DNA of 61,539 nt, filler included, from Stramenopiles sp. TOSAG23-3 (lineage: Eukaryota): assembly GCA_900128585.1 (NCBI GenBank). It is 15 parts of 15 records of this genome, joined end to end, with 100 filler letters (N's around TTAATTAATTAA, not from the genome) between each part and the next. Parts side by side here need not be neighbours in the genome. Positions count along the whole stretch, not along the records: positions 1 to 4,022 come from LT643986.1; positions 4,123 to 8,139 come from LT643987.1; positions 8,240 to 12,256 come from LT643988.1; 12 more parts are not named here. One strand, written 5' to 3'. Numbering within the stretch: position 1 is the first letter of the stretch; every line of letters starts with the position of its first letter. Below are positions 1 through 10,873 of this stretch, piece after piece. The notes under the pieces were generated by a model that did not search any database, was not told where the DNA came from, and worked only from the letters and a program-made list of their open reading frames with translations. Both the position numbers and the translations under genes were made by a program.

Positions 1-1071
1 CCCCCTCTTTCTTAAGAAAGAAAAGTCAATAATTCTTCTTTCTTCTTCCTTCATTTTAAAAACAGAAAAGAAAAATACTAGTATACCTTTTTTATCTATC
101 TAGAACAATAACAATATGCATTTATATACTAAATATAATTCGATCTTTCTATAGTTAAATATTCTTTCTTCTTGACTTCTTTCTATCGACCGACCATTCC
201 AGAAGCAACTAAAGGGATACATAAAAACCAACCGAATGACTACCTTTAATATACCTTTCTTTCAACTATCCCTTTCCCATCAAATACACAATCCCTTTTT
301 TACCTGGAACTCATTTCTTTAATTTTAATTGTAATTGTAATTGTATTTTAATTGGTATTTGCCTTCTGACTTTTATGGAGCCAAGGATTCTCCCCTCCCC
401 CCTTTTCCACCGTTTTCAAATTAGGTGTTCTTTCCTCATTTCAAATCTCGTTTCTTCAGATATTTATTAATTTTTAATACATATTATATCCTAAATACAA
501 CCAATTGTATATAATAGTAAACAAGTATGTACAGATAGATAATTTTAAAAACGAAACAAATATAGAACGTCATTAATACAATGCTATGTTAATATGTTTA
601 CTGTGATTGAACTTCCTTTTCATATTAAGGAATTAAGGAATTGTATTATTTTTGTAAATAATTTGGATGATTATTTGGTATAATTTTATCCCCGGAAGAA
701 GAAAGTAGTTGTCTTCTTCTTTCTTTTCTTCTTTCTTTTTTTTCTTTTCTTCTTTTTCTTCTTCTTCTTTCTTTTTTTCTTCTTCCTTCTTCTTCTTCTT
801 ATTAATTTTATTTTTATTATCCGTTACACCCCACCGACGACCCACCGACCGACCAACCACCACGTTTTTATATATATATACAAAATAATAGAAGACATTA
901 TTTACTTTTATTTGTTGTTTTGTGTATCATCGCTCGCACAATTCATCATTGTGTTGTGCGGGATTGGATTTTCATTTGGTGCGCTAAAGTATCCATTGTG
1001 TGCGATTGGATATTCATTTTGTGTAATTGAATAACCGTTCATGGTTACATGCACATTGTGCGTAGAAAATT

Positions 1072-2400
1072 ATGCCTCGGATCGAAATTATTCGTAGGAA
1101 AATTAAACGTGCCCATGGTGCGGCGTTATCGAAGGACGAAGAAAAGGCTGTAGAGCTTGCCTTTTCGGCACTTTCTTGCATTGGTGGGAGTGCGGAGCGC
1201 CGGCTGACGGCCGCCCGAAATTTTAACAAAAGTCACTTGGTGTATGACGTGACAAAGCCGTCGCCCCGTACATGGTTTAAATACAACCGGTCGGTAAGCA
1301 CGGTAACCTACGTCAATGCCCAGGAGCAAAAGCCCCTCGCCAATGTCGGTATCAATGAAGACACCGAAAAAGAGTGGGAAACGTTGAAACTCCAATCCCC
1401 GCGGACGGACACCACCTGGCGGCTGATCAAGTCCAAAGACGGAAATATTCGACCCATAGAAATTCTAAAACCTCAAAAGGTAAAAAAGAAAAAGAAATCC
1501 TACCTGGAGGAGAGGCGCGGTATCAAGCGTTTCCCGTGCGCGTACTGCCGCCTATATTTTCGCCCGGAAAACCTGGTGGGCGGCACCTCTAGAATGTCAA
1601 TCGCACGCTTGAGAGAAACGAACTGCAAGATAAACAAAGGCAGTGGGAAGAACGTGGATTTGCCGATAGCTGGGAAAGATACCATCAAACAGATGCGAAA
1701 GTATGGGTGCTGCCGAGGGTACGAAATGGTGCACGTGTGCGCTTTCTGCTTCCAATTTTTCGACTATGACGTCGCTTTGAGTAGATCTGACCCGCAACCA
1801 TCGAGCGACCTGGCGCTTTTGCCGAATTCTCGCAACGCGAAAATTCATTTTGATTTAAAACAAACGGCAAAGAAAACTGGCCACCCCGACAGCGACAACG
1901 ATTTCGTAGTTTCGTACAAATCGCGCGCGTCCCAACTCAACTCGCCGTTTAAGCAAACCGTCAGCGTACACTCCTCACAGGTATTGTCACAGCATTATAA
2001 ACCACGCTCCCGGCGCCCGATGACGCATTCTGCACAGAACAGAGCGCGGAACGGGGTTAACCTGGGGTGTTTTACTCCAACCCCGCCGGTTTACTCAAAT
2101 TACCCGATCATTCGCGCCGCGACGGCAACGCCATCATTTAGAAAGACGGTTGTGCCGACGCCCGGAAGCCTTGATATGAACTCCACGGCTACCTCGCCGC
2201 GGTCAAAGCGTGGTAGCCGGCCGATGGCCCGTGCAGCATCGCCACGATCGAAATCGTTCCGAGCGTCACAAGTAAGGCGCTCAAGCCCATATGCGCGGTG
2301 GATGACCTTACTAGGCGACACGGAAAGAGAGCAGAAGCGACTTGCAAACACGATCTCCCACGCCTACCCAGTACCGTTTTACGCGAAAGGGGGAAATTAA
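1072..2400 (+). CDS. Hypothetical basic protein with putative Cys zinc-binding motif (CAYC...CAFC) and low-complexity C-terminus
   Basis: 442-aa ORF of coding-like GC bounded by AT-rich flanks; two CxxC pairs; no family recognised. Confidence 0.7.
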   Translation: MPRIEIIRRKIKRAHGAALSKDEEKAVELAFSALSCIGGSAERRLTAARNFNKSHLVYDVTKPSPRTWFKYNRSVSTVTYVNAQEQKPLANVGINEDTEKEWETLKLQSPRTDTTWRLIKSKDGNIRPIEILKPQKVKKKKKSYLEERRGIKRFPCAYCRLYFRPENLVGGTSRMSIARLRETNCKINKGSGKNVDLPIAGKDTIKQMRKYGCCRGYEMVHVCAFCFQFFDYDVALSRSDPQPSSDLALLPNSRNAKIHFDLKQTAKKTGHPDSDNDFVVSYKSRASQLNSPFKQTVSVHSSQVLSQHYKPRSRRPMTHSAQNRARNGVNLGCFTPTPPVYSNYPIIRAATATPSFRKTVVPTPGSLDMNSTATSPRSKRGSRPMARAASPRSKSFRASQVRRSSPYARWMTLLGDTEREQKRLANTISHAYPVPFYAKGGN

Positions 2401-2404
2401 CACC

Positions 2405-2449
2405 TTTTAATTACTATAAAAAATAACAGCCAATTTTTCTTGTTTTTAA
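2405..2449 (-). repeat. Copy of conserved ~45-nt downstream element (candidate 3'-end/terminator element)
   Basis: ttttaattactataaaaaataacagccaatttttcttgtttttaa closely matches copies at 12648 and 25919. Confidence 0.8.
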
Positions 2450-2578
2450 TTCAGAAGATAAATTTATGCGTGAGTGTTAAAAAAAAGATCCCAATTGATA
2501 GCATCAAGGATATATACCATTACAAATTTACCTTTATCAAAGCATGCCGTATGACTTACGGTACTTCGTAAATATTTC

Positions 2579-4022
2579 TCACAGTTCATAAGTCTCTATC
2601 TCCTCCTCTTCTTTATCCTTGGGTTCCTCCCAATTTTCTCCGCGCCCATGCAATTCTTCGTCGTCGTCGTCCCCTACCCCCATCATTCCCGCGTACAGGC
2701 TGTTTGCCATCGGGGGTGCATCCATGCTCTCCTCTGGTGCAACGGTCGGATCCGCTTTGTTGGCCCTCGCTGCATCAAAAATTGCTTTTATACTTCTGCG
2801 ATGGTTGATCACACGCTCCAAAAACTCGCGGTCCATCGTTGTCGCCCGTAGCCCCTTGGCCGCTTTCAGTCTGAGCGAGTTGAAGGCCACGTACGTCAAA
2901 CCGGCACCGACAAAAATGATAGCCATGACAGGCACGAACGAGAGCATCCGATTGTTGAGCCAGTTCCGGGAAACCGTGTACATTGCCGTCCCAGATGCGA
3001 GTAAAAAAATGGCAATCCCGACGACCAAGGACATCACCATTTTGTCGTACAAGCGCTTTGTGGCGAGATGGTAGTTGTTGGTCAACCCTTTTAAAAAGTC
3101 AATGCCCATGAAATTGTTCAGCAGGTACAGCTTTTCTTGCTCTTCTGCTGAAAATTTCGCCAGAGCATACTCTGTTCCGGAGATAGGATCGATCCCAGCC
3201 TCCCCCTTCATGTGGTGCCCGACGCCTTGGGCAATCAAGTCGTTTTGCTCTTTTGATTTCAGGGGGTAACGGAACTTCAAAAAGAAGGCAAGGATGGAAA
3301 AAGAAGAGGCGACAATGACCGACACCACGATTACGTAGGTCTTCACCGATCCAGGCTGCTTCTGTATCCTGCCGTTCACGGGCGGCACGTGACCGACCGC
3401 GTTGAGCAGTGCTAGCGGAATTGCGGACGCCGGGATGGCGCAAATCTTGGGGAGGAAGGATTTGAACATCGTGTACGTTGCCTCAGAGCGCTGGCCGGTC
3501 AAAAATTCGTCGTAGTCGATGATGTCGGCCGTGATGGCATCCGCAAGGAACTTGGCCCCCATTGGCAAGCCGTTCACCGCGGAGATGATGATCTGCGTGA
3601 GCACGGCGCCTTGGCCCACGAATATAAACAAGAAGTTCGTTATGGCGCCGGTGAAGGACCATAGAAGCCACGTCTTTCGCTTACCAAGCTTGCTCGCGAT
3701 AAAGAGCCACAGCGGCGTCCCCAAGAACGCGAACGTCAGCAGCACGGTCACGGACAAGCCCGCGACCATCGTCGAGTTGCACTTCCAGTCCTTGTTCAGC
3801 CCTTCCTGGCAGTCCAGGGGGTTGCCGTTCCAGTCCGTCCCGACAAAAAACTCCGGCTCCACGACGTAGCGGACGAAAAACATGAGCATGCTGGCGAGGA
3901 TGCCCTGGAAGATGGCGTCGAAGGCCCACGCGGGCAACAACGAGGTGAAGGCGACGTTTTCCATGGTGTTGAGCATCGACGGGACCATGGGCGGGGCGGC
4001 GGGCAACTGCCCCCCCCCCCCC
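2579..4022 (-). CDS. MFS transporter, GPH/MelB (MFS_2) family, 5'-truncated at contig end
   Basis: Multiple TM helices; LGKRKTW loop and ADIIDYDEFLTGQRSEATY motif typical of glycoside-pentoside-hexuronide symporters. Confidence 0.85.
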
Positions 4023-4122
4023 NNNNNNNNNNNNNNNNNNNNNNNNNNNNNNNNNNNNNNNNNNNNTTAATTAATTAANNNNNNNNNNNNNNNNNNNNNN
4101 NNNNNNNNNNNNNNNNNNNNNN
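4023..4122. other. Artificial contig linker (N44-TTAATTAATTAA-N44), first of 14
   Basis: Identical 100-bp linker with six-frame stops also at 8140, 12257, 16374, 20491, 24605, 28718, 32828, 36937, 41045, 45151, 49254, 53350 and 57445. Intervening contig lengths never increase (4022 to 3995 bp). Confidence 0.99.
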
Positions 4123-4424
4123 TTAAGTGAAACAGAATGAAGTTAAAGATATTTTATCATTAGAAAATATAACTACCAAAATAAAACAGGTCAGAACGGT
4201 AATTTTCTCAATAATGAAATACCAGCAAGAGCTTTGTATTATATAGTAGATGATTAGACAACAAGAGGGTAGTCAATTATTTAGAAGAAAAAAATGATTC
4301 GGATCCAGGGGGGTGTGTGTCTATAAAATTTCATTTTTTTAACATTTTTTAACCGACTGTCTGGAGGAGATTTGGTTATTTAACTGACAACCCCTTTTTT
4401 TCTTTTTATAAATTTATAAATACG

Positions 4425-4450
4425 TAAATAACAGCCATTATTTTGTTTTT
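4425..4450 (-). repeat. Partial copy of conserved downstream element
   Basis: taaataacagccattattttgttttt. Confidence 0.65.
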
Positions 4451-4687
4451 GAAGTTGGATAATATGTAAATAATATGCCTCGGTTTACTCGTAATTTTGC
4501 CTCCCTTGCTTAGATCTTCATAAGACTAGTGTTTTGTCCAGAGAAACGTCCTGAAAATCAAAAATCGATAGTCTGTACAGACTGCTGTATCTGCTTTAGA
4601 TTTTCGAGAGATGAATGGATCTAAGGTAAGCTGAGGAGATTTGGTGACTTTTACAAAATTTAAAATGTACTATATGCATTTTGTGTT

Positions 4688-4718
4688 TAAATAACAGCAT
4701 ATATCATTTTGTTTTTAA
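4688..4718 (-). repeat. Degenerate copy of conserved downstream element
   Basis: taaataacagcatatatcattttgtttttaa. Confidence 0.5.
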
Positions 4719-4795
4719 ATATTAAACACATGAAGGAACGTAAACCTTTAATGGACAAAGTGAACAGATTCACATTCGCGGTGCATGAGGAAGAC

Positions 4796-4836
4796 AAATT
4801 TTAATTACTCAAATAACAGCCATTATTTTGTTTTAA
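4796..4836 (-). repeat. Near-full copy of conserved downstream element
   Basis: aaattttaattactcaaataacagccattattttgttttaa. Confidence 0.75.
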
Positions 4837-4857
4837 ATATGTATATTAAATAGACGT

Positions 4858-5193
4858 GGTCGCCTTATGCCAAGACTATCAGAATAGGGTTTGGGGCAGA
4901 TCCAGGCATCTACAACACAATAATAGCCGCTGTCTCAAACAATCTTATGATAGTTTGAAAGACGACCATACGACCAGGTCGCCTTGCCAAGACTATCAGA
5001 ATAGGTTTTAGTGCAGATCCAGGCATCTACATCACAATAATAACCACGGTCTCAAACAATCGTATGATAGTTTGACCGACGAGGTCACCTTATGCCAAAA
5101 CTATCAAAATAGGTTTTGGGGCAGATCCAGGTATCTACAACACAATTATAGCCGCTGCCTCAAACAATCTTAGGATAGTTTGAAAGACGACCA
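4858..5193. repeat. Three tandem ~106-119-bp units, each internally self-complementary (long hairpin)
   Basis: Units start ggtc at 4858, 4977 and 5083 and share actatca..gcagatccagg(c/t)atctaca..ctcaaacaatc..gatagtttga; nested inverted pairs within each unit. Confidence 0.9.
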
Positions 5194-5584
5194 ATCAGAA
5201 TATTTTTTTAATTCTGGAACGAGGACGAGTTTTGGTTCTTGAACGCTTTACCTTGTTTTTCTTCTTTTTGGGTGACTTAAAACATACTATATTAATTTGT
5301 TTTTTAAATAAACGTGTAAAATTTTTCCAAAAAGCAAAAACTAAAACACCACTCAAAACTAAGCAAAACAAGATCATCACTCAAGTTTGTAACTCTAACA
5401 AAAAGATAAAACGATTACAACACCATTCAAGTTTGCACAAAAATAAAAGTGTTCATATGGATGTGTTTGGCAACTAGATCAATGTTCAATTCTTAATGGA
5501 ACCACCCCCCCCTTATCCATTCTTACGAGCTTTCTTTAGACCATCAGGGAAAACCAATATCATTAACTATTACGAAGTATATTT

Positions 5585-6511
5585 TTACCATGTTGTTAAA
5601 TTAAACCTCTTTCTCGATCTTTTGACATAGTCTACTGACCTTATTTTAGTCTTTCTGTCATTACATTTTGTTGACAGTCTGTTGATTCCAAGTAATTTTG
5701 TTTTTTTAGCAGAATTTTGCTGCCTTTTTCTTTTTTCCTTTATACTCAAAAATTCTTGAAGTCTATCTTCTTTCATTTTTGAAATTGATTTCCACATTTT
5801 CACTTCACAAATTTGGCCTTCTTTAAATTTTTGACGATAAAATCCTGTAACGTTGCTACGCAACAATTCCTCGTCAGCATTCTGTTTTTTTTTAGTTGTG
5901 TAATTCAGAACATGATCTTGTCGACTTGGAATTCTATCCGGACTTCTCTCCAAGAGTCGATCTGACTGCGTTTCTAAGGCCTTCAACTGTACAGATTTTT
6001 GCCACAGCACGTCTTCATAGTGAGCGGTTTTCCGCATTATCCTTTGTTCTCGCAATTTGTTTGAGAGATTCTTTATGTGTTGTGTTTTGCTACACACAAT
6101 TTGAATTTGCTTCGTTCTACGAATACTTTCTTGGGATCGGTTTTGCGAAAATTTGCTTTGGATTTTTTTAAAATACAGCGAGTAACAGTGTGGGTTGAAA
6201 GTGGGAAGACATATCTCTCCATTGGCCACATCCTCTTCTACCTCTGTTACATTTACTTCTAATAGTTTTAATCTTTCCTGAGCATTTTTCAACTCGTCTT
6301 CGCTGTTTTCAACAGATTGGGTAATCCAATTGAGAGTATCCAATACTTCACTATTTACATTCTTAAATGCCAGGTACTTTTTAACATCGACTGCAAGCAG
6401 GTTTGTTCCAACGCACATTTGATCCCCTTTCGCGACATCAGGACATCCCACTACTTCGTCCACGTTTTTTTGCAGACTTGGGGTTACTTTGAAATCGAGT
6501 TCCGGGTCCAT
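5585..6511 (-). CDS. Orphan hypothetical protein, coiled-coil and Lys/Arg-rich, AT-rich codon usage
   Basis: 308-aa ORF in AT-rich DNA, where chance ORFs of this length are unlikely; no family recognised. Confidence 0.65.
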   Translation of the reverse strand: MDPELDFKVTPSLQKNVDEVVGCPDVAKGDQMCVGTNLLAVDVKKYLAFKNVNSEVLDTLNWITQSVENSEDELKNAQERLKLLEVNVTEVEEDVANGEICLPTFNPHCYSLYFKKIQSKFSQNRSQESIRRTKQIQIVCSKTQHIKNLSNKLREQRIMRKTAHYEDVLWQKSVQLKALETQSDRLLERSPDRIPSRQDHVLNYTTKKKQNADEELLRSNVTGFYRQKFKEGQICEVKMWKSISKMKEDRLQEFLSIKEKRKRQQNSAKKTKLLGINRLSTKCNDRKTKIRSVDYVKRSRKRFNLTTW

Positions 6512-6773
6512 AATTTTATGTGTTAATTGTTCAGAGACAGAGAACTGACTGCGTTAAAATTCAAATATGGATACTTGCTATTGCAATTGTTTGCGTTATC
6601 ATGAATAAACGACATATCTGTAGATTTGACGTAATGAAGAAGAAAATAAATCTATGCCGCTTTCTTACAAAATATAAACTCATCTTGTGAGATGTTTGCA
6701 TTTGCACCAAATTTTTGTGTACCACTTTTTTAGGGTATATTTTTCAGCTTTTTTCCTTACAAGCATTTAAATA

Positions 6774-7026
6774 ACCCTCGGGAAGACCCTGTCACTGGCC
6801 TATTTCTATAATTTACATTTGACGATGGAGTAATCGGAGCCGCTCGTGGGTGCTGCTAAGGATTCGTATAGACACCACATTTCGCTATGCTTTGCCAATT
6901 CGCCTTATCACACACACACTCAGGCCTGAAGATTGTTGTTTACTCTACCTAACCCAATCGTTAATAATGGCCTGAGTGAAATACGTAAATTATAGAAAAA
7001 GGCTCCTGCCAGGCGTCCCGAAAGGT
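6774..7026. other. ~250-nt foldback element (candidate structured ncRNA or MITE)
   Basis: Ends pair over ~50 nt (tcggga/tcccga, cctgtca/tgccagg, gcctatttctataatttac/gtaaattatagaaaaaggc); internal perfect 10-bp stem cactcaggcc/ggcctgagtg. Confidence 0.6.
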
Positions 7027-8269
7027 CATATTTGATAGGCTATATTTGTACTTATACCAGGAAGACGGTTATCTTCGTTATTGTTAAGGAATATTACGAA
7101 AAGGTTTGGAGGGAAAAAAGTGGTGGTGGAAATGCCGATAGCTCTCCCTCTAATACATTGTAATAAAACCTGCTGCCACAGATAAATATGGGAATCCAAA
7201 AAATATCGTTTTATTTTAATCGAAAAATATAGTAGAAAAAAAAGGAAATCCCTGAATGGCCACTGAATCCACTGAACTACTATTCTATTCTACTTTTCCG
7301 AATTTGTGTCCGCCTAAAAGAGGCTACAGTCTCTGACGAAGGCGGATCAATGTACAAACGAAATTTATTAACATCTACTAGTATTAAATTTTGGCTTTTT
7401 GTTGCATTTTTTGCTTTCCATTTATTTGTTTGTACTTGTTAATATACCTTTTTGAGATTTATTGCTGTTATTTTCTCCTTCCTAATTCCATGTAAACTAC
7501 AACATATTGTTCTACAAAGTTTTCCTATCAATTTTCGCTTATAATCACTTCAATACAAAATTATATTTTATCATTTTTATTAGAAGAAAAACACTACTTT
7601 GGGTGCACGAACTTGTATCTTTAAGGAAAGTGTTTTTTTTTGTTGCGTAGTTTTATAGTAGTGATAATTTGAAGGGAATATATATACACTTATTTTTAAT
7701 TCATTTTTTATCAATCACAAATTCGAGCTCAATCTCTTGACAAATAAATTTAAACATCCCTTTAAATGTATTCTAGTAACATCATCATTTCGTGACAATC
7801 TAATTGAAAAAGTGAATTCGCATAGAGCCTCGAACATTTAACTTTTCACTTTAGGCTAACCCTACTTTTGTTTTAAGTATAAGAACTCGTATTGTGTGGT
7901 TCCAGTCAAATAATGTACTAAATTAATAAAAAATTAACAAATTAGGGTACAACGAGATTTTAGAGTTACAAGAAATGCAAAAATTAAATACTACTTTTTT
8001 ATACTTACGAAACCTCTTTATTAACCTATATAAAAACGAAATTGGAAAAAATCAAGTTTTTTAAGGGGGAGCGATGATCCAAATGGTATTTTTGACTTTT
8101 TTACAAAAAAACGATCAGTTTTACTCAATTTTTATGTGTNNNNNNNNNNNNNNNNNNNNNNNNNNNNNNNNNNNNNNNNNNNNTTAATTAATTAANNNNN
8201 NNNNNNNNNNNNNNNNNNNNNNNNNNNNNNNNNNNNNNNTTTTAATTATAATATGAAATCATACGAAGT

Positions 8270-8273
8270 AAAG

Positions 8274-8316
<43 letters not shown>

Positions 8317-8366
8317 AATAAAGAAAGAAAGAAACAAAGAAACAAAGAAACAAAGAAAGAAAGAAA
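8270..8366. repeat. (GAAA)n / (AAAGAAAC)n microsatellite
   Basis: Directly visible. Confidence 0.9.
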
Positions 8367-9333
8367 AAGTGTCATCAATCAAAGAAGAATGAATTTTGTT
8401 TTTTTTGTTTCTAACAGATGCTCTGTCCTTGTTATAGTTAGATGGCATAGACTAAAAATTCTTTAATTCTTTTCGAACCTTCTTCTTGTTATTTATCCCT
8501 TTTGTATTTCAGCAAAATAGCATAGAATTCGTAACTGTTTTCTTTTCCTTTTTCTCTCCTTTCTTTTATAGTTAGTTTACATATATATATAGTTATTTAT
8601 ATTATACATAACCTATATAATAGCGGAAGATTTGAATCTCAAGCTTTTTCTCCTTCCTTCCGGTAGAATTAACCTTTATAAATTATCTTATATAATATTA
8701 AATAGTATATAATAATATTTTTAATAATATTAATAATATTAATAATATCTATAATATTAACTTTAATATTATTTTCAATGGAAATTCATCCTGGGCCACA
8801 AACCAAACAAAGCCATTTTTTTAATTTTAATCCCCAATGATGTATACGTATAGAACGACTAATTTATTCGTAGTACATCTTGGTATGTTTTTTTTTTAAT
8901 CTTTTATTAAAAGTTAAATAGGAGGAAATAGGAAGAAAGAAGAATGCTGCGAAGAATTAAAATGTGTTGTTTGTTGTTTTAATAATGGATTTAATAATCT
9001 ATAATAATATAATAATAATAATAGTCTGTTCTAATAATAATATTAATTTTTTATTATTTATTATTATATTTAGCGAAAAAAAAAGAAGAGAGGTCGGTAA
9101 TAGAACGTTCTGTCTGTCTGTCTCTGTCTGTCTGGTCAATAATTGGTTTTGAAGAGGAGGAATAGAATCGAAATTAAAAAGCAAGCATGGGAACGAAAAA
9201 TTGTAGGCGAAAAAGAAGAAAGAAAATTAATACTGTGTGCCCGAAGGAAAAAAATCGATCGCTCTTTTCGTTGTATTGGTTGAGTGTTGTACTGTACTGG
9301 GGGAGTTTTAGCAGGCATTCAGGAAGTTGGAAA

Positions 9334-10701
9334 ATGATATCGAAGCTTCTTTTTCAACCGTTGCGGCATGCTGCCCTACGGTCCGGTTCGAGGAGGAAGA
9401 ATGCGTTTCAGCGTAGTTACTGCGGGGTTCGAGGGCCCTCGCGGGGCAGCGGGTTCCGTCGAGGAACGTCGCTGAACAAGGAGAGCCTGCACGCGTCCAT
9501 GTTGAGGGCGCAGTTTCAGCAGAGGGTTGCCCAGTTCTCTGCGAGCGGGAAGGCCCCGCCGCGGCCGCCCCCTCGCCCCCCACCGCGGAGAGGCCGGGAA
9601 GGGGCCGGCAGGGCCCCGCCAGGGCAAACAAGGGGGTCCAACGAAGGGCCCACGAACAGGCCCCCTAGGTCAAGGAAAAGGACACCGTTCAAAAAGAAGA
9701 ACGAGGTATCGTGGCTCGGTGTTGGCACCGTCGCGGTCGTCGGCTCCCTGGGCGCCAGCGCTATGTATTATACCCAACAGGACGCCCCCCCGCTGCCAAA
9801 GTTTGTAGAGGAGTACGTGGACGCAGGGAACAAACAGTTGAGATCGATTATGGGGGACGACAAGGATGAGGAGCCCGTCCGGGACAAGCTTCTCCCGGAC
9901 TTTCCGAAGCATTTGGTCCAGAAAGACGGGACGACTCCGCCCACGTTAGTAATGTGCCTGGACGACCTGTTGATCCACGTGGACTGGGACCGGAAGCACG
10001 GGTACCGCGTAGCCATGCGGCCCGGGGTGAAGAAATTCCTGGACGAGGTGAGCATGTACTACGAGACGGTGATTTTTACAGCGATAGGCTACACCGCAGC
10101 GGAGGACATACTGTACAACCTTGACCCGCACCAGTACGTGCAGCATAGGCTTTTCCCCGACAGCATGCGGAAGATAAAGGGGAAGCCCGTGAAAGACTTG
10201 TCGTACCTGAACAGGCCCTTGGAGCACGTGGTTGTGTTAGAGGTGAAAGAGGACATGCTGCCCTTCCACAAAGAAAATGCTATATTTGTAAAACCCTTCA
10301 ACCCCAAGGACCCCATGCCCGACAACGAGCTGAAGATGCTGCTGCCGTTTCTAAAGGCGCTGCGCACGCAGAACGTGAAAGACTACCGGCAGGTGCTGGA
10401 GGCATACGGGAATAGAGACGTAGGGCGCCAGTACGCCGAGAAGTTGGAGGAACATCGCCTCAGGCAACAATCCAAGCGACAAAGCTCTTTCTTTAGGCGG
10501 ACGAAGAAAGCGGCCCCGTCCGGGCCTGAGACGGCGAAGCCCGCGCAGCAGCAGCAGGCCCCGCCGGCGACAGCCAACCAGCCCCCAACGCCGCCAGCGT
10601 CGCCCCCCCAGCAGAGCGTAGCGGCCTTCGCGAGCGGCAGCAGCAGCAGCAGCAGCTGGTGGTCCTGGCTAGGGTACGGCAATGCAGAGTCGAACGAGTG
10701 A
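9334..10701 (+). CDS. TIM50: Mitochondrial import inner-membrane translocase subunit Tim50
   Basis: Arg/Ser-rich presequence from Met at 9334, one TM (VGTVAVVGSLGASAMYY), LLPD motif, inactive FCP1-like domain (PPTLVMCLDDLLIHVDWDRKHGYRVAMRPG; KDLSYLNRPL). Confidence 0.92.
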   Translation: MISKLLFQPLRHAALRSGSRRKNAFQRSYCGVRGPSRGSGFRRGTSLNKESLHASMLRAQFQQRVAQFSASGKAPPRPPPRPPPRRGREGAGRAPPGQTRGSNEGPTNRPPRSRKRTPFKKKNEVSWLGVGTVAVVGSLGASAMYYTQQDAPPLPKFVEEYVDAGNKQLRSIMGDDKDEEPVRDKLLPDFPKHLVQKDGTTPPTLVMCLDDLLIHVDWDRKHGYRVAMRPGVKKFLDEVSMYYETVIFTAIGYTAAEDILYNLDPHQYVQHRLFPDSMRKIKGKPVKDLSYLNRPLEHVVVLEVKEDMLPFHKENAIFVKPFNPKDPMPDNELKMLLPFLKALRTQNVKDYRQVLEAYGNRDVGRQYAEKLEEHRLRQQSKRQSSFFRRTKKAAPSGPETAKPAQQQQAPPATANQPPTPPASPPQQSVAAFASGSSSSSSWWSWLGYGNAESNE

Positions 10702-10873
10702 GAGAGGAAGGGAGGGGATTTCTTAAAACCAAAAAAGTAATAAAAAATTATAAAACGAGCCACACGCATTTTGTTCTTTTTTACTTCGTACTCTTATTAC
10801 TCATTACTATTATTTCTTATTTCGTACAAAGTTTGTAAGAATTAAGAATTACGTACAAAGTACTTCGTAAGAA

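Noticed and set aside
4067-4078. Regularly spaced TTAATTAATTAA palindromes about every 4.1 kb
   Set aside because: Synthetic six-frame-stop linker embedded in Ns; the periodicity reflects length-sorted contigs.
6780-6795. GGGAAGACCCTG resembling RNase P/MRP conserved region I
   Set aside because: Its partner forms a simple nested helix, and no convincing CR-V consensus was found.
6926-7347. Hammerhead ribozyme cores (CTGAAGA at 6926, CTGACGA near 7333)
   Set aside because: No correctly placed stem II/GAAA/stem III arrangement.
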